Sequence record: PQ451753.1
Length of the DNA: 64,000 bases
Direction: 5' to 3' (one strand)
The notes below the pieces were generated by a model. The model saw only the letters and a list, made by a program, of their open reading frames with translations, was not told where the DNA came from and ran no database searches. Made by a program: the position numbers and the translations under genes. The stretch's first letter is position 1, and every line of letters starts with the position of its first letter. This document shows, in pieces, positions 38,919 through 48,873 of the stretch.

Positions 38919-41450
38919 ATGGAAAACTGGCTTGTTAAACACGCCCACGATAACATCTGGTGTCAACCTGCCAACGACAGGCGTTGGATTGTCAAGCCAG
39001 AACGTTTATCGATGCCTGAGGGTGAGTCGTTTGGCATGCAAGTTCAAGGTTACTCAATCCGTTTCCCTGAGAAACTAAAATGGTTCCACGTATTCCAACT
39101 AGGTGGTATGAATCACCGTGAGTTGGGTATCACTGAACTGTTTGATTCTTGGGTGAGACTGGATCGCATTGTATCGCATTACGGTACAATGATTACCTTG
39201 TACAACGAACTTGGACGTACGCTACCTTTAGAGTACTCTTGGATTCGTAAGCAACCAAATGGCAACATCATTGTTGCAGTAGAAATGGTAGAGAGCCAAG
39301 TCGACTTTTCAACCGACCCACTTTATATTCGTTTCTACAATGGCGCATTCCGCTACACTGGGGATTACACTGAGCAACATCATAGCAAAATCATTGGTCG
39401 CGTTATTCGCGATAATGCCGAACGCTTTGATGCCGTACGTAAGTTTGAAGAACTACGTACAATGCCGGGTGAACCTATCGCTTATGTCAATGGTTACGAA
39501 GTTGACATCCTCACAGTCGATGATATCAAACTGTGGGACTACGTGGAAATTGTCTACGACGGGTTGATTGAATCTATTCATTACTTCCCAATGTCGGAGT
39601 TGCAGTCGTTCCATAGTACGGTTGATAACAAACGTAAGTTCTTGTTACATCCGCCGCGTCAGATGGATACAATCCATTTCATTAACGATATTGATTTATC
39701 GGTATTGAAAGATAACAAAGGTTTGTACTTCCATCAGAACCAGTCAGAAGCGTTCCGTCAAGTTACGCATAATGACTACAGCGTGTTAGTCAATCGTTTC
39801 AGTCAGTACATTGTTCAGATGGATGATTGGTACGACTTGAATGAGTTGAAAGTTAAAATGGTTGTTCGCCGTTCTGGCATGGATAGACCATTGACCTTTA
39901 ACCATAACCGCATTCATGAACTGTACAAAATGACAGACGATCAGATCGTTGATGCAATGGCAGGCATGAACTCTAACGTGGACGAGTGGCGCGCTGCTAA
40001 CCTTGAGGGTGCAGCATACAACCGAATCATGGCGGCTAAATACGCAACAGTTACCAATGAGCTTTGTACTGAAGCTTACGGTTACAATGCAGTTGCACGT
40101 TACGCGGCAGATACACCGACTAAGACGCATCTGGCAGGCGGTGAGGTAGTGGCAACACTTCCACCACTTCTAGCTCGTAACTGTACGGTCTATGAATACG
40201 ATTCAGATGGCGTACTGTTGGGTTACTACAACTGGACAAGTAACGTTGATGAGGACTACACCTGTAAGAACTCAGAGACTGCACTTGTAGAAGCAATCGA
40301 GGGTCAAGCGACTAAACAGCCAGACATCACTTTTGATGCCAAAGACTACACATGTCGTCCGGGATTCAATTACCGTTTCTACACCAATCAATTGAAGAGT
40401 GGTACACCTACTGATATCTTCGAAGATGTCACAGGAACTGACGCATACTCAATTGATACGGACGGTAAGGTCATTTGGAACATTGACCAGACTCGACGAA
40501 TGCCTGTCATCTGGTGTGATAGCAACTTCCTAAGCTACGGCTTTGAAGAAGACATGTTCGACGGACATGCTAAGTTTACTATCGATTACTGGTTGGATGA
40601 CGATGACTACAAACCTCTACTGCTCGAACCTGAGACGTTAGAGATTTGGATGAATGGTCACATTCTAGTTCCGGGGATTGACTACTTTGTTAAATGGCCT
40701 CAAGTGGTAGTTTGTAATAAGACGTATCTTGAAGATGGGACGAATCGACATAAACCATGGTTTGACATTCGTTGCCGTGGATTGTCCGATAAGCTCCGTA
40801 TGCCAAAGACTGGTTTTGTGGTGAATAACCTCATCAGTAATAATGCGTACTTTGATGTTCGCGATGACAAAGTCGTGCAAATCTCAATTGGTGGCGGCGT
40901 AAGACACCGTAGTGATGTGGTCTTCCGTGAAGATACCGCACTGGGTGTTCCTGAGATGGTCAACGGTATGCCATTTATGGTAAACGACCCGACCGTACCG
41001 CTACGCGAATTGGTAAGCAAGAACACGTATGAAATGCGTGATAGCTCACGTGACTTGGACGGACGTATTGAAGATTACTTGACTAACTTCATTCCGACGC
41101 CGGAGAACATCGAGCATAACCCAATCCCTCAAGTGTATGAACTGTTTAGTCCAATCCTGAATAAAGTTATCCATGACATGATCAATGGTGACTTGATGCC
41201 AGAAGCGGATGACCAACTGTATTACATCAGTACACGACAGTTCGACGAGTTGATGAAAGAGTACATGTATCTGCTTGACTATGAGCCAGTGCTGCAAGGC
41301 GTTGACTTACGTTACGTATCGGTACATCCGCATGACGGGAACGATTACATCGAACTTGAGCCTATCCAGATGACTATGGTTGAACGAATCAACGACCGTT
41401 ATTTGAACAACAAAGTCATTATCAACAAACTGCTTCGTATTAAGGTTTAA
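38919..41450 (+). CDS. Virion structural protein (phiKZ gp27-like)
   Basis: 843 aa; N-terminal A..NIWCQP..D motif; synteny. Confidence 0.7.
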   Translation: MENWLVKHAHDNIWCQPANDRRWIVKPERLSMPEGESFGMQVQGYSIRFPEKLKWFHVFQLGGMNHRELGITELFDSWVRLDRIVSHYGTMITLYNELGRTLPLEYSWIRKQPNGNIIVAVEMVESQVDFSTDPLYIRFYNGAFRYTGDYTEQHHSKIIGRVIRDNAERFDAVRKFEELRTMPGEPIAYVNGYEVDILTVDDIKLWDYVEIVYDGLIESIHYFPMSELQSFHSTVDNKRKFLLHPPRQMDTIHFINDIDLSVLKDNKGLYFHQNQSEAFRQVTHNDYSVLVNRFSQYIVQMDDWYDLNELKVKMVVRRSGMDRPLTFNHNRIHELYKMTDDQIVDAMAGMNSNVDEWRAANLEGAAYNRIMAAKYATVTNELCTEAYGYNAVARYAADTPTKTHLAGGEVVATLPPLLARNCTVYEYDSDGVLLGYYNWTSNVDEDYTCKNSETALVEAIEGQATKQPDITFDAKDYTCRPGFNYRFYTNQLKSGTPTDIFEDVTGTDAYSIDTDGKVIWNIDQTRRMPVIWCDSNFLSYGFEEDMFDGHAKFTIDYWLDDDDYKPLLLEPETLEIWMNGHILVPGIDYFVKWPQVVVCNKTYLEDGTNRHKPWFDIRCRGLSDKLRMPKTGFVVNNLISNNAYFDVRDDKVVQISIGGGVRHRSDVVFREDTALGVPEMVNGMPFMVNDPTVPLRELVSKNTYEMRDSSRDLDGRIEDYLTNFIPTPENIEHNPIPQVYELFSPILNKVIHDMINGDLMPEADDQLYYISTRQFDELMKEYMYLLDYEPVLQGVDLRYVSVHPHDGNDYIELEPIQMTMVERINDRYLNNKVIINKLLRIKV

Positions 41451-41452
41451 TT

Positions 41453-43126
41453 ATGTCGAATGATAACCATCTCGATGCAGGTAGTCAATACGGTGTTCCT
41501 AACCCGCAACCCAATCGCCGTTTTACGGTGTTTGACAAAGAGGAACTTTATACGGGGCCTACGGGCTCCGGACGTGAAGTGGCTAACCCGCGCGACCTTA
41601 TTGTCGATTATGACAATAATTCATTCTGGCGTGTTAAGGCGACCGATTACACCAACTACACTTATGAGCTAGAACCATTCCATCCAGTTCCTAAGTACAA
41701 CGTTGAAATTGAAATCGGCGGCTGTGCGCCACACTTGTCAGATACATTCCGTGTGTATGTTGACGACACCAAACATCCTGCATCTCTACGTATCGATGGA
41801 AGACTGACTGTAGCTGGTTCTGATTTAGACAGCGTACGTATCTTCCGTGGTAAGCGTATTGATAGTAGCGGTGAAGTTATCTCTGGTAACTACAGCAATG
41901 GTCAGATTGTTTCCGATCGCATTCCGCTAGCGTTAGCAGCAGTGCAGGGTAACAAGACTATCAAGTCGGCTATCCCAGGCGTCTGTACGCGTTCTGTTGA
42001 AGATGGTGAACTGATTACATTGGTTTACTACAGCGAGAACTCAGAAGTCGCGGCTATCGCATACTGCTACGTTGTTAAGACTAGCCTTGTGATGGCAATG
42101 GAAGCACCTGTTAAACAAGTGCTAGACGTGAAGTTGAAATCGCCATTCATGTCTAAGTCGGATGAGAAACTGCTTGAGTTGCCAATCAACATCCCACTGG
42201 ATGACATTCCACTACAAGCGGAAATTAAGTACACTGATGGTTCACGTACTGTGACTATCGACGGTACTCGTGCTAACTTGGATGGTCTGCGTAACAGTGG
42301 TTCGCATGACACGTTCTACATCAGTAGTAACGTTGGTCAAACACTACCGTTGGTACTCTCTTACCGTTTGGGTAAGAACGAGACTTACGTTGGTGATGAT
42401 GTTGTTGACGGTGTTATTAACAAACACTACAAAGCGACAACATTGGAAATTGATGGCTCGTACAGTGTGAAACTCTTCGTAGTGCCACGTTGGCTAGATG
42501 TCGACCGTGGTTACCGCTTAGATTACTACTTGTATGATCTTGAACGTGGTAACGTGTTCTACGCAACACCTCACGTATCGGCTGGTGAAAACAGCGAAGT
42601 CTTTGACCCTAAACTATACAACTACAAACAGCGTCTTATCGTTCGTGTAGACTTGTCTCAGGTCAGTCAGACATACAACGCACATATCCACCCTCAATCG
42701 TTCCACATCTCGCTACAAGCGCCGGGGAATGAGAACCGCACTAACTTCTTGATTGATTACATTCATGATGGTGAAACGTACGGTGAGGACATCTCTGCAC
42801 AATTCCACTACAGTAACGCCAACTTCTGGTTGCTGAACGTCTCCTGTGGTGCGAAGAGTAAAGCGGAATGGTTAACGCGTTTGTACTATAATTCGTACCC
42901 GCTGTTTGACCGTCGCTCTGAAAGTGAGGCTCCTGAACCAACGCACTTTGAAGTGCATGTTGGTGAAGAAGTTTACACACTGCCAGTGGATGGTTGGATG
43001 AATGACTTTAACATTGACTTCCAAGTTGATGAGGGTCAGTTAATCATGATCCGTTGGATTCGCCGCACGCCTCAAGACGAGTTGCATCTTGCACTATCTC
43101 CAATGTTAGCGCACCAGAAGCAATAA
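41453..43126 (+). CDS. Virion structural protein (phiKZ gp26-like)
   Basis: 557 aa, beta-rich; directly upstream of terminase. Confidence 0.7.
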   Translation: MSNDNHLDAGSQYGVPNPQPNRRFTVFDKEELYTGPTGSGREVANPRDLIVDYDNNSFWRVKATDYTNYTYELEPFHPVPKYNVEIEIGGCAPHLSDTFRVYVDDTKHPASLRIDGRLTVAGSDLDSVRIFRGKRIDSSGEVISGNYSNGQIVSDRIPLALAAVQGNKTIKSAIPGVCTRSVEDGELITLVYYSENSEVAAIAYCYVVKTSLVMAMEAPVKQVLDVKLKSPFMSKSDEKLLELPINIPLDDIPLQAEIKYTDGSRTVTIDGTRANLDGLRNSGSHDTFYISSNVGQTLPLVLSYRLGKNETYVGDDVVDGVINKHYKATTLEIDGSYSVKLFVVPRWLDVDRGYRLDYYLYDLERGNVFYATPHVSAGENSEVFDPKLYNYKQRLIVRVDLSQVSQTYNAHIHPQSFHISLQAPGNENRTNFLIDYIHDGETYGEDISAQFHYSNANFWLLNVSCGAKSKAEWLTRLYYNSYPLFDRRSESEAPEPTHFEVHVGEEVYTLPVDGWMNDFNIDFQVDEGQLIMIRWIRRTPQDELHLALSPMLAHQKQ

Positions 43127-43185
43127 TGTGAATAGATCTGTGGGTGTGAAAGCACCCACTTCTACCTTTGCATTGGAGAACAATC

Positions 43186-45306
43186 ATGATTTTAAGAGAG
43201 AGTGATTGGAAAAGACCTGAGTATCGAAATGCCATTGTGCACTTTAAAACTAAGAATAAATCTTTTCTAAAACTTGCCTACATACAGAAACAAATGGGTG
43301 TTAAGCATTGGTACTGCTGTTTAGCATTAACCCAACCTGACTTAGAAGATATTGATCCACACGATCCAAATCACGACATCGAAACCAAAACAAAAATCGC
43401 GTATGAGATGTTTATCAACCCATGGTATTACTTCCGCGAGATATCAAGAGTACCTCAAGAAGGTGCTGACCCAGTCGCATTTAAAATACACCGTGGTTCA
43501 TTCGCACTGATTTGGACTTTCTTTAACAACATTGATATTGCTTTGCTACTGATTCGTCAGCAAGGTAAAACGGTGGTACTTGCAGCTCTGCTTGTTTATC
43601 TTAAACGCATTCTGAAAAACTCACGTACTATCTTGATTACGAAAGATACTGGCCTGCGCTCAGAAACCATCGATAAGATGAAGAAGATGCGGGACGCACT
43701 CCCCAAGTACTTGTGGTTACATGCAAGGAACGATGCGGATAACAGTGAAATCTTTACGTACATGAACCGCAACAATAAACTCATCACAGCTATCGCTCAG
43801 TCTAACATGGCGTCTGCACAGAACGCAGGTCGTGGTTTGACATCGGCTCGACTGTTCAGCGATGAGTGCGCGTTTACACGTTACATCCGTGCTATGCTTC
43901 CGGCTGCTCTAGCATCTGGTACAACAGCACGTCGAATTGCAGAAGAAGAAGGTGTTCCTTACGGCAACGTGTTCACTACAACACCGGGTAAGCGTGATGA
44001 ACCAGATGGTAAGTACATCTATGACTTATTCCATGATGGCTATTACTGGGATGATAAATTAATCGACATCCCGACACGCGAAGGTTTGATTGAACTGATT
44101 CGTGCTAACTCAAAAGGTGACCGTGTGTTACTACACGCACCATTTAACCACCGTCAGTTAGGTATGACTGACCTGGAGTTGTACGATGCAATGGCGAACG
44201 CCTCAGGTACGCGTGAAGAGAAACTGCGTGACTTCGGTCTACAGTGGACAGCGGGTTCCCTATCTTCACCATTAACCGTAGATGAATCTAAGATGGTTCG
44301 TGAAAGTGTAGTTGACCCAATTCCACATCATGAAATCTTCCCGAACAACTACTGTCTGAAATGGTACTATCCGGAAGACCACATCAAAGAGAAGTTACAG
44401 AAAAAACACATCATCGGTCTAGATACCTCCGATGCCGTTGGTCGAGATAACATCTCGTTGGTTATGACCAACAGTGAGACATTGGAAACTGCATGTACTG
44501 CGGTTATCAATGAAAGTAACTTAATCGTCTTCGCAAACTGGGTAGCTGAAATCTTAGTTAAGTATCCAAACACTATCTTGGTTATTGAGCGTAAGTCTTC
44601 TGCCCCAACTATCATCGACTCATTATTAATCACACTGCCTGCGAAAGGGATCGAACCCACTCGACGTATCTTCAATCAGGTCGTCCAGAATCGAGACAGT
44701 GATGATCCGGATTTAAAAGAGTTCAAAAAGAGTACCCGTCCACGAGACGAACGTTTTTACGAGATTTATCGTAAGTACTTCGGATTCGTGACAACTGGTG
44801 CATCCCGTAAGCTCCTCTACGGGGAAGTTCTCCAAACTGCTGTTCGTATGGCTGGTGACAAAGTCAAGGACAAGGAGTTGGCGAACGAGCTGCTCGCTTT
44901 GGTTGTTAAAGATGGTCGTATTGACCACAAAGCAAGTGGCAATGACGATACTGTAATTGCATGGCTATTAAGCTGTTGGTTTATGCTGTTCGGTAAGCGT
45001 CTAGATTACTATGGTGTATCTAACCGCATTCTGATGAAACGTCATCACGTGACTGAAGATGGTGAGATATTCGATAGTGAGGAGTACGAGCAAGAACAGG
45101 TTGCTCAAGAACTTCTATCGGAAGAGATTGACAATTTATGTTCTCGCATCGCATCGAACCGCAACCCATTCACGAAAACCGTACTAGAGCGTGAACTACG
45201 AGTTAAACTGGCCAAACTACAACTCGACACGTCTCAAGCTACGACTGTGGGTGAGCTGCAAGAACTTATCCGTAACGAAAAACTACAGTCGAGGTATCTG
45301 CGATGA
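43186..45306 (+). CDS. terL: Terminase large subunit
   Basis: Walker A LIRQQGKT, Walker B FSDECAF, coupling motif TTT(P), nuclease IGLDTS and NDDTVIAW; ATG 43186 after GGAG. Confidence 0.9.
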   Translation: MILRESDWKRPEYRNAIVHFKTKNKSFLKLAYIQKQMGVKHWYCCLALTQPDLEDIDPHDPNHDIETKTKIAYEMFINPWYYFREISRVPQEGADPVAFKIHRGSFALIWTFFNNIDIALLLIRQQGKTVVLAALLVYLKRILKNSRTILITKDTGLRSETIDKMKKMRDALPKYLWLHARNDADNSEIFTYMNRNNKLITAIAQSNMASAQNAGRGLTSARLFSDECAFTRYIRAMLPAALASGTTARRIAEEEGVPYGNVFTTTPGKRDEPDGKYIYDLFHDGYYWDDKLIDIPTREGLIELIRANSKGDRVLLHAPFNHRQLGMTDLELYDAMANASGTREEKLRDFGLQWTAGSLSSPLTVDESKMVRESVVDPIPHHEIFPNNYCLKWYYPEDHIKEKLQKKHIIGLDTSDAVGRDNISLVMTNSETLETACTAVINESNLIVFANWVAEILVKYPNTILVIERKSSAPTIIDSLLITLPAKGIEPTRRIFNQVVQNRDSDDPDLKEFKKSTRPRDERFYEIYRKYFGFVTTGASRKLLYGEVLQTAVRMAGDKVKDKELANELLALVVKDGRIDHKASGNDDTVIAWLLSCWFMLFGKRLDYYGVSNRILMKRHHVTEDGEIFDSEEYEQEQVAQELLSEEIDNLCSRIASNRNPFTKTVLERELRVKLAKLQLDTSQATTVGELQELIRNEKLQSRYLR

Positions 45307-45512
45307 CACAAGCGTTCATCCTTATCATTAACCTACTTGTCCTCTGCATTGGAGGACATATCTGGAAAGGCTTAAAAGCCATTTATAAAAGTAAGGGGTT
45401 ACGTGCTTGCATGCCCTATAGCTTTGGTTCACTACTACTGTTAGGCAGTGGTTCAGTGATGGCAAATACGTTCTTACTACAAGTGGCTGAGCTATCACAG
45501 GCGGCACCATAA
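45303..45512 (+). CDS. Small membrane protein
   Basis: 69 aa, two hydrophobic segments, ATGA overlap with the terminase stop. Confidence 0.55.
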   Translation: MTQAFILIINLLVLCIGGHIWKGLKAIYKSKGLRACMPYSFGSLLLLGSGSVMANTFLLQVAELSQAAP

Positions 45513-45608
45513 GTTCAAAGGGGGAATACGGCAGCGTTGGATCTTTTATTCTTCGCTGCCGTACTGTAAAAAATTATTGTAGATCAATTGTTTATGCAGG
45601 AGGTATTC

Positions 45609-45761
45609 ATGCATGAACTACTACTTGCGTTTATCGTTCTTCTCTTAATAGGGTGGGAAGTTCGTGTTTTAGGAATTGCCGAGCGCAACGGCACATTGCG
45701 TATTCCTAAGAAGAGCCCATTAGGTTCTTCATGGTCGACCCACAGCTTTGGACTGTGTTAG
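45609..45761 (+). CDS. Small hydrophobic-N-terminus peptide, not in the ORF track
   Basis: AGGAGG RBS; translated by hand as MHELLLAFIVLLLIGWEVRVLGIAERNGTLRIPKKSPLGSSWSTHSFGLC. Confidence 0.5.
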   Translation: MHELLLAFIVLLLIGWEVRVLGIAERNGTLRIPKKSPLGSSWSTHSFGLC

Positions 45762-45895
45762 TTGATTATAACCCTATTACTACAATTTGGAAAAAGCTAA
45801 ACGCTTTAAGTAGCGCTTCAATCGAAGTCGGCAATGACGCCCACTGGTACCCGGACTGATGCTTCATTAACACTATGCTATAGATGTTAACAAGC

Positions 45896-45924
45896 GGATG
45901 TCCGGTACATCCTTTCTTTTTTTT
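45896..45924 (+). terminator. Intrinsic terminator
   Basis: GGATGT-CCGGT-ACATCC followed by TTTCTTTTTTTT. Confidence 0.75.
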
Positions 45925-45944
45925 GTTTCCAGAATAAAAATTTA

Positions 45945-45967
45945 TTCAGATATATATCATCTAAGTG
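45945..45967 (+). promoter_or_regulatory. Putative phage (early) promoter motif, copy 2
   Basis: TTCAGATATATATCATCTAAGTG at the head of an accessory operon, right after a terminator. Confidence 0.6.
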
Positions 45968-46002
45968 GACAATCAATCAAAAACCTTTAATGGGAGATAA
46001 TC

Positions 46003-46755
46003 ATGAAAACTTTATTTGATAAAATATCTGCAATCGTAGCCGAGCATTCTGAATACAAAGTACTTGATAAAAATGATGTAGCGAAAACTATATCGGATGA
46101 CTTTGGTATGCTGCCGTTGTATGTTGAAAAGGACGGTGAGGTTTACTACAGTGTCATTTGCTACAGTGAGAGTTATCAGAGGTTTAACATTCCTGGAAGT
46201 GTTATGTCGAACTTACTTGGAGATATGGGTAAGCCTGTTAACTACTGTGGTTCTATTTATGTCAATGACATTTATAGTCATATGGACGACGATAGCGTTC
46301 AGCAAATACTTGGGAGTGCTGAGTGCGTTTTAATACAAACCTTTGATGCTGATAAAGAGTTTAGTGAACGTACTATTCTAAATAAGCGCGCTTGGGGTGT
46401 TCGATTCGGGCACGAAATGTTCCAATTTGAATTGACTACAGATCCAACTTCACTTCTAGTTAGTAAGAGAAAATTACTAACGGGCATGTTCGAGATAAAT
46501 AAAGATCTGGGTTCTATTGTTATTACCGAGATGGAAGAATTTGGCGAAATATGTCCTACATTAACGATTGACTTAATTAAGAGATTAAGCGACGCGTGGA
46601 GTGGTGGGAAAGTATCAATTGAATATACTAGCATTGGCATCATGCAGGTTTATGCCTCTAGCGTAATTAAATGGCAAGAGCAACACAAAGAGTTCAGTGC
46701 GGTTGAAGTTATCATTGCTGATGATTACACTAAATATCTAACAATTACACTTTAA
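46003..46755 (+). CDS. Hypothetical protein
   Basis: 250 aa, GGGAGATAA RBS. Confidence 0.7.
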   Translation: MKTLFDKISAIVAEHSEYKVLDKNDVAKTISDDFGMLPLYVEKDGEVYYSVICYSESYQRFNIPGSVMSNLLGDMGKPVNYCGSIYVNDIYSHMDDDSVQQILGSAECVLIQTFDADKEFSERTILNKRAWGVRFGHEMFQFELTTDPTSLLVSKRKLLTGMFEINKDLGSIVITEMEEFGEICPTLTIDLIKRLSDAWSGGKVSIEYTSIGIMQVYASSVIKWQEQHKEFSAVEVIIADDYTKYLTITL

Positions 46756-46770
46756 TGGGAGATAAAAAAA

Positions 46771-47331
46771 ATGAACAAAGTAACTTTAGAAATTCGCGAA
46801 GGTAAACTACGTCCAATCTACAACGGTGAAATCGTTGACCAACGTCACAACCTACTATTCGAATTGGATATCGCGTTAGGTAACCTTCCACCATCACCAT
46901 GTCGCGGTGACGATGGTACAATCAATATTGAAGATGCAGTAGGCTACGTATTCATCAACATTGAAGATCGCCGTCAACGTTGTATGGCACACCAAGCAGA
47001 GTACCGTGAGGTATTGCAGCAACTTAAAGCTGAAGTACTTAAGTTCTACCACGAGTACAAAACTGACCCAACTGAATACCACTTGGATTACATGTTGGAG
47101 GCAGCTAAACGTAATGGCGTTAAATCAGTCTACCTTGACATGTTCTACGAAGGTAAGATATCACGTAACGATTTGAAAACTTGTTTCCTACGTGGTTCTT
47201 GTTCAACAATCGATCCGTCAATCTTCAGCGACCCATCACCTAAAGGCTTTGCAGTACCACCTGCACCGGAAGCGCCAGCTGAGCCTGAATGTCAAACCTC
47301 TCACGAAAACTACGGCAAGGAGTCTAAGTAA
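46771..47331 (+). CDS. Hypothetical protein
   Basis: 186 aa, GGGAGATAA RBS. Confidence 0.7.
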   Translation: MNKVTLEIREGKLRPIYNGEIVDQRHNLLFELDIALGNLPPSPCRGDDGTINIEDAVGYVFINIEDRRQRCMAHQAEYREVLQQLKAEVLKFYHEYKTDPTEYHLDYMLEAAKRNGVKSVYLDMFYEGKISRNDLKTCFLRGSCSTIDPSIFSDPSPKGFAVPPAPEAPAEPECQTSHENYGKESK

Positions 47332-47591
47332 TGGATAATCTAACACTGAACCAAGAAGAGCATAACGTTATTGACTTAAAACGCATGGGTGAGCTAGAAG
47401 GCATTTTACTAGACAATGGCGAAGATAGCGATGAGTGGTTCGCCGCTAAAGAAGAACTGCTTGATATGTTAGATTCAATTGAAGATGCTACAGCACCGAT
47501 TACGGATAAATCACTTAACTATGAAGAGCAGCAAGCGATTCTAAGTCTTGCTAAAACTGGTTTACTATTCACAGCTAAACCTGAAGAATAA
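47331..47591 (+). CDS. Small acidic hypothetical protein
   Basis: 86 aa, TAATG overlap, AAGGAG RBS. Confidence 0.7.
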   Translation: MDNLTLNQEEHNVIDLKRMGELEGILLDNGEDSDEWFAAKEELLDMLDSIEDATAPITDKSLNYEEQQAILSLAKTGLLFTAKPEE

Positions 47592-47616
47592 ACAATCATT
47601 AATTGGGAGATAAGAA

Positions 47617-47994
47617 ATGAACTGGTTCGTACATGGTACAAATAAAACAATCACTGAAGAATGGGATCACTGTGAGCATTTGAAAGTGGGTCAGGTTGCA
47701 CCTTACATGGTCGGTGAGCAAGACTCGTTCGGCCCTGTGTCGCGCATGGGTATGTGTCAGGAGTGTTACGATAAGCATAAGGCTGAGCAGGACGAAGAGC
47801 TAGAGTACTGTCATGACTGTGGGCAGGAAAAGCCTATGAAGGAAATGCGGGAGTGGCGTTGGTACGATTTTTATGCACCCCAGGGCGATGAACCACTGAT
47901 GATTTGCGATGACTGTGCCGTCAAAGACAAACACAAAGAACGAGTGCGTAGAGACAATGAAGCGTACGAACGTGAAATGGGCGATGAGTATTAA
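47617..47994 (+). CDS. Zinc-finger-like protein
   Basis: CEH, CQEC, CHDC and CDDC motifs. Confidence 0.65.
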   Translation: MNWFVHGTNKTITEEWDHCEHLKVGQVAPYMVGEQDSFGPVSRMGMCQECYDKHKAEQDEELEYCHDCGQEKPMKEMREWRWYDFYAPQGDEPLMICDDCAVKDKHKERVRRDNEAYEREMGDEY

Positions 47995-47996
47995 TT

Positions 47997-48290
47997 ATGT
48001 TACGCACATGGGATTTAGGTGGCAAGCGGGCTGGATGGAAGCGTCACGAGTACAAACACTTATCTAGCCTATCAATTTCAATTCGTTTCGATTATGATAA
48101 TCTTGAAGACAGTTCGGTACGTACATCTCATACCGACGACGGTTACGAGTCGTTCAAAATTGACTACGCGGAAATACAATGGATTGAAAAACAAATTGAT
48201 GCAGCGTTAGAAATGAAAGCACGTACTATTAGATTAACAATAACTGTTAGTGATGGTCGTGTAGAGAAACGTTGTAATATTAGAGCTTAA
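47997..48290 (+). CDS. Hypothetical protein
   Basis: 97 aa in operon. Confidence 0.6.
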   Translation: MLRTWDLGGKRAGWKRHEYKHLSSLSISIRFDYDNLEDSSVRTSHTDDGYESFKIDYAEIQWIEKQIDAALEMKARTIRLTITVSDGRVEKRCNIRA

Positions 48291-48302
48291 TTGGGAGTTA
48301 AC

Positions 48303-48836
48303 ATGAAAGACAAAGTAGAAACAATCATTCAGGGCAAACGCTTTGTAGTGCGTGCAGTAAAACTACATGACGATAATGTCGGGTTCCATATCTACGATTA
48401 CCCGGACATCAATGGTCTGCCTGAATCACGTGTAACTAAGTTGGCGCAAGAGTTTGGTTTGGAGAACAGTAAGAACTTTATCTGGTATGGTAAAGACCAC
48501 TTCGAGCGCCTTCAAGCCGAGGCTAATCAGAAACGCACTGGTATGTCTGGACGTTCAGTCATCTCTGAGCTAACTAAGAGTACATCACCGTATGAACACC
48601 ACATTCCGTTTGCGCGTATCTCGCACATACTGGGTGATCACTTCCGTGGGGTTAATCCATTGGAAGACGATGTACTGAGACAAATCATCGAGCACACACA
48701 ACAACACGTAGAACGACGCGGTAAAGAAGTTGCACATCAAGGGCATTCAATGTCTATCAATGAGCAGCGTTACGTATTGGGCATTCTACGCAGTGTGTTG
48801 CCTGCACTGATTCCAGTTACGGCTGAAGAGAAATAA
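48303..48836 (+). CDS. Hypothetical protein
   Basis: GGGAG RBS before ATG 48303 (MKDKV). Confidence 0.65.
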   Translation: MKDKVETIIQGKRFVVRAVKLHDDNVGFHIYDYPDINGLPESRVTKLAQEFGLENSKNFIWYGKDHFERLQAEANQKRTGMSGRSVISELTKSTSPYEHHIPFARISHILGDHFRGVNPLEDDVLRQIIEHTQQHVERRGKEVAHQGHSMSINEQRYVLGILRSVLPALIPVTAEEK

Positions 48837-48870
48837 AAGAGGAGGGCTTAGCCCTCCTTTTCTTTTTTTT
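48834..48870. terminator. Bidirectional intrinsic terminator
   Basis: AGGAGGGC-TTA-GCCCTCCT with A and T tracts. Confidence 0.85.
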
Positions 48871-48873
48871 GTT

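Noticed and set aside
21527-45306. Introns, inteins or homing endonucleases in RNAP, sheath or terminase genes
   Set aside because: ORFs are continuous and of expected size; no LAGLIDADG, GIY-YIG or intein splice motifs noticed
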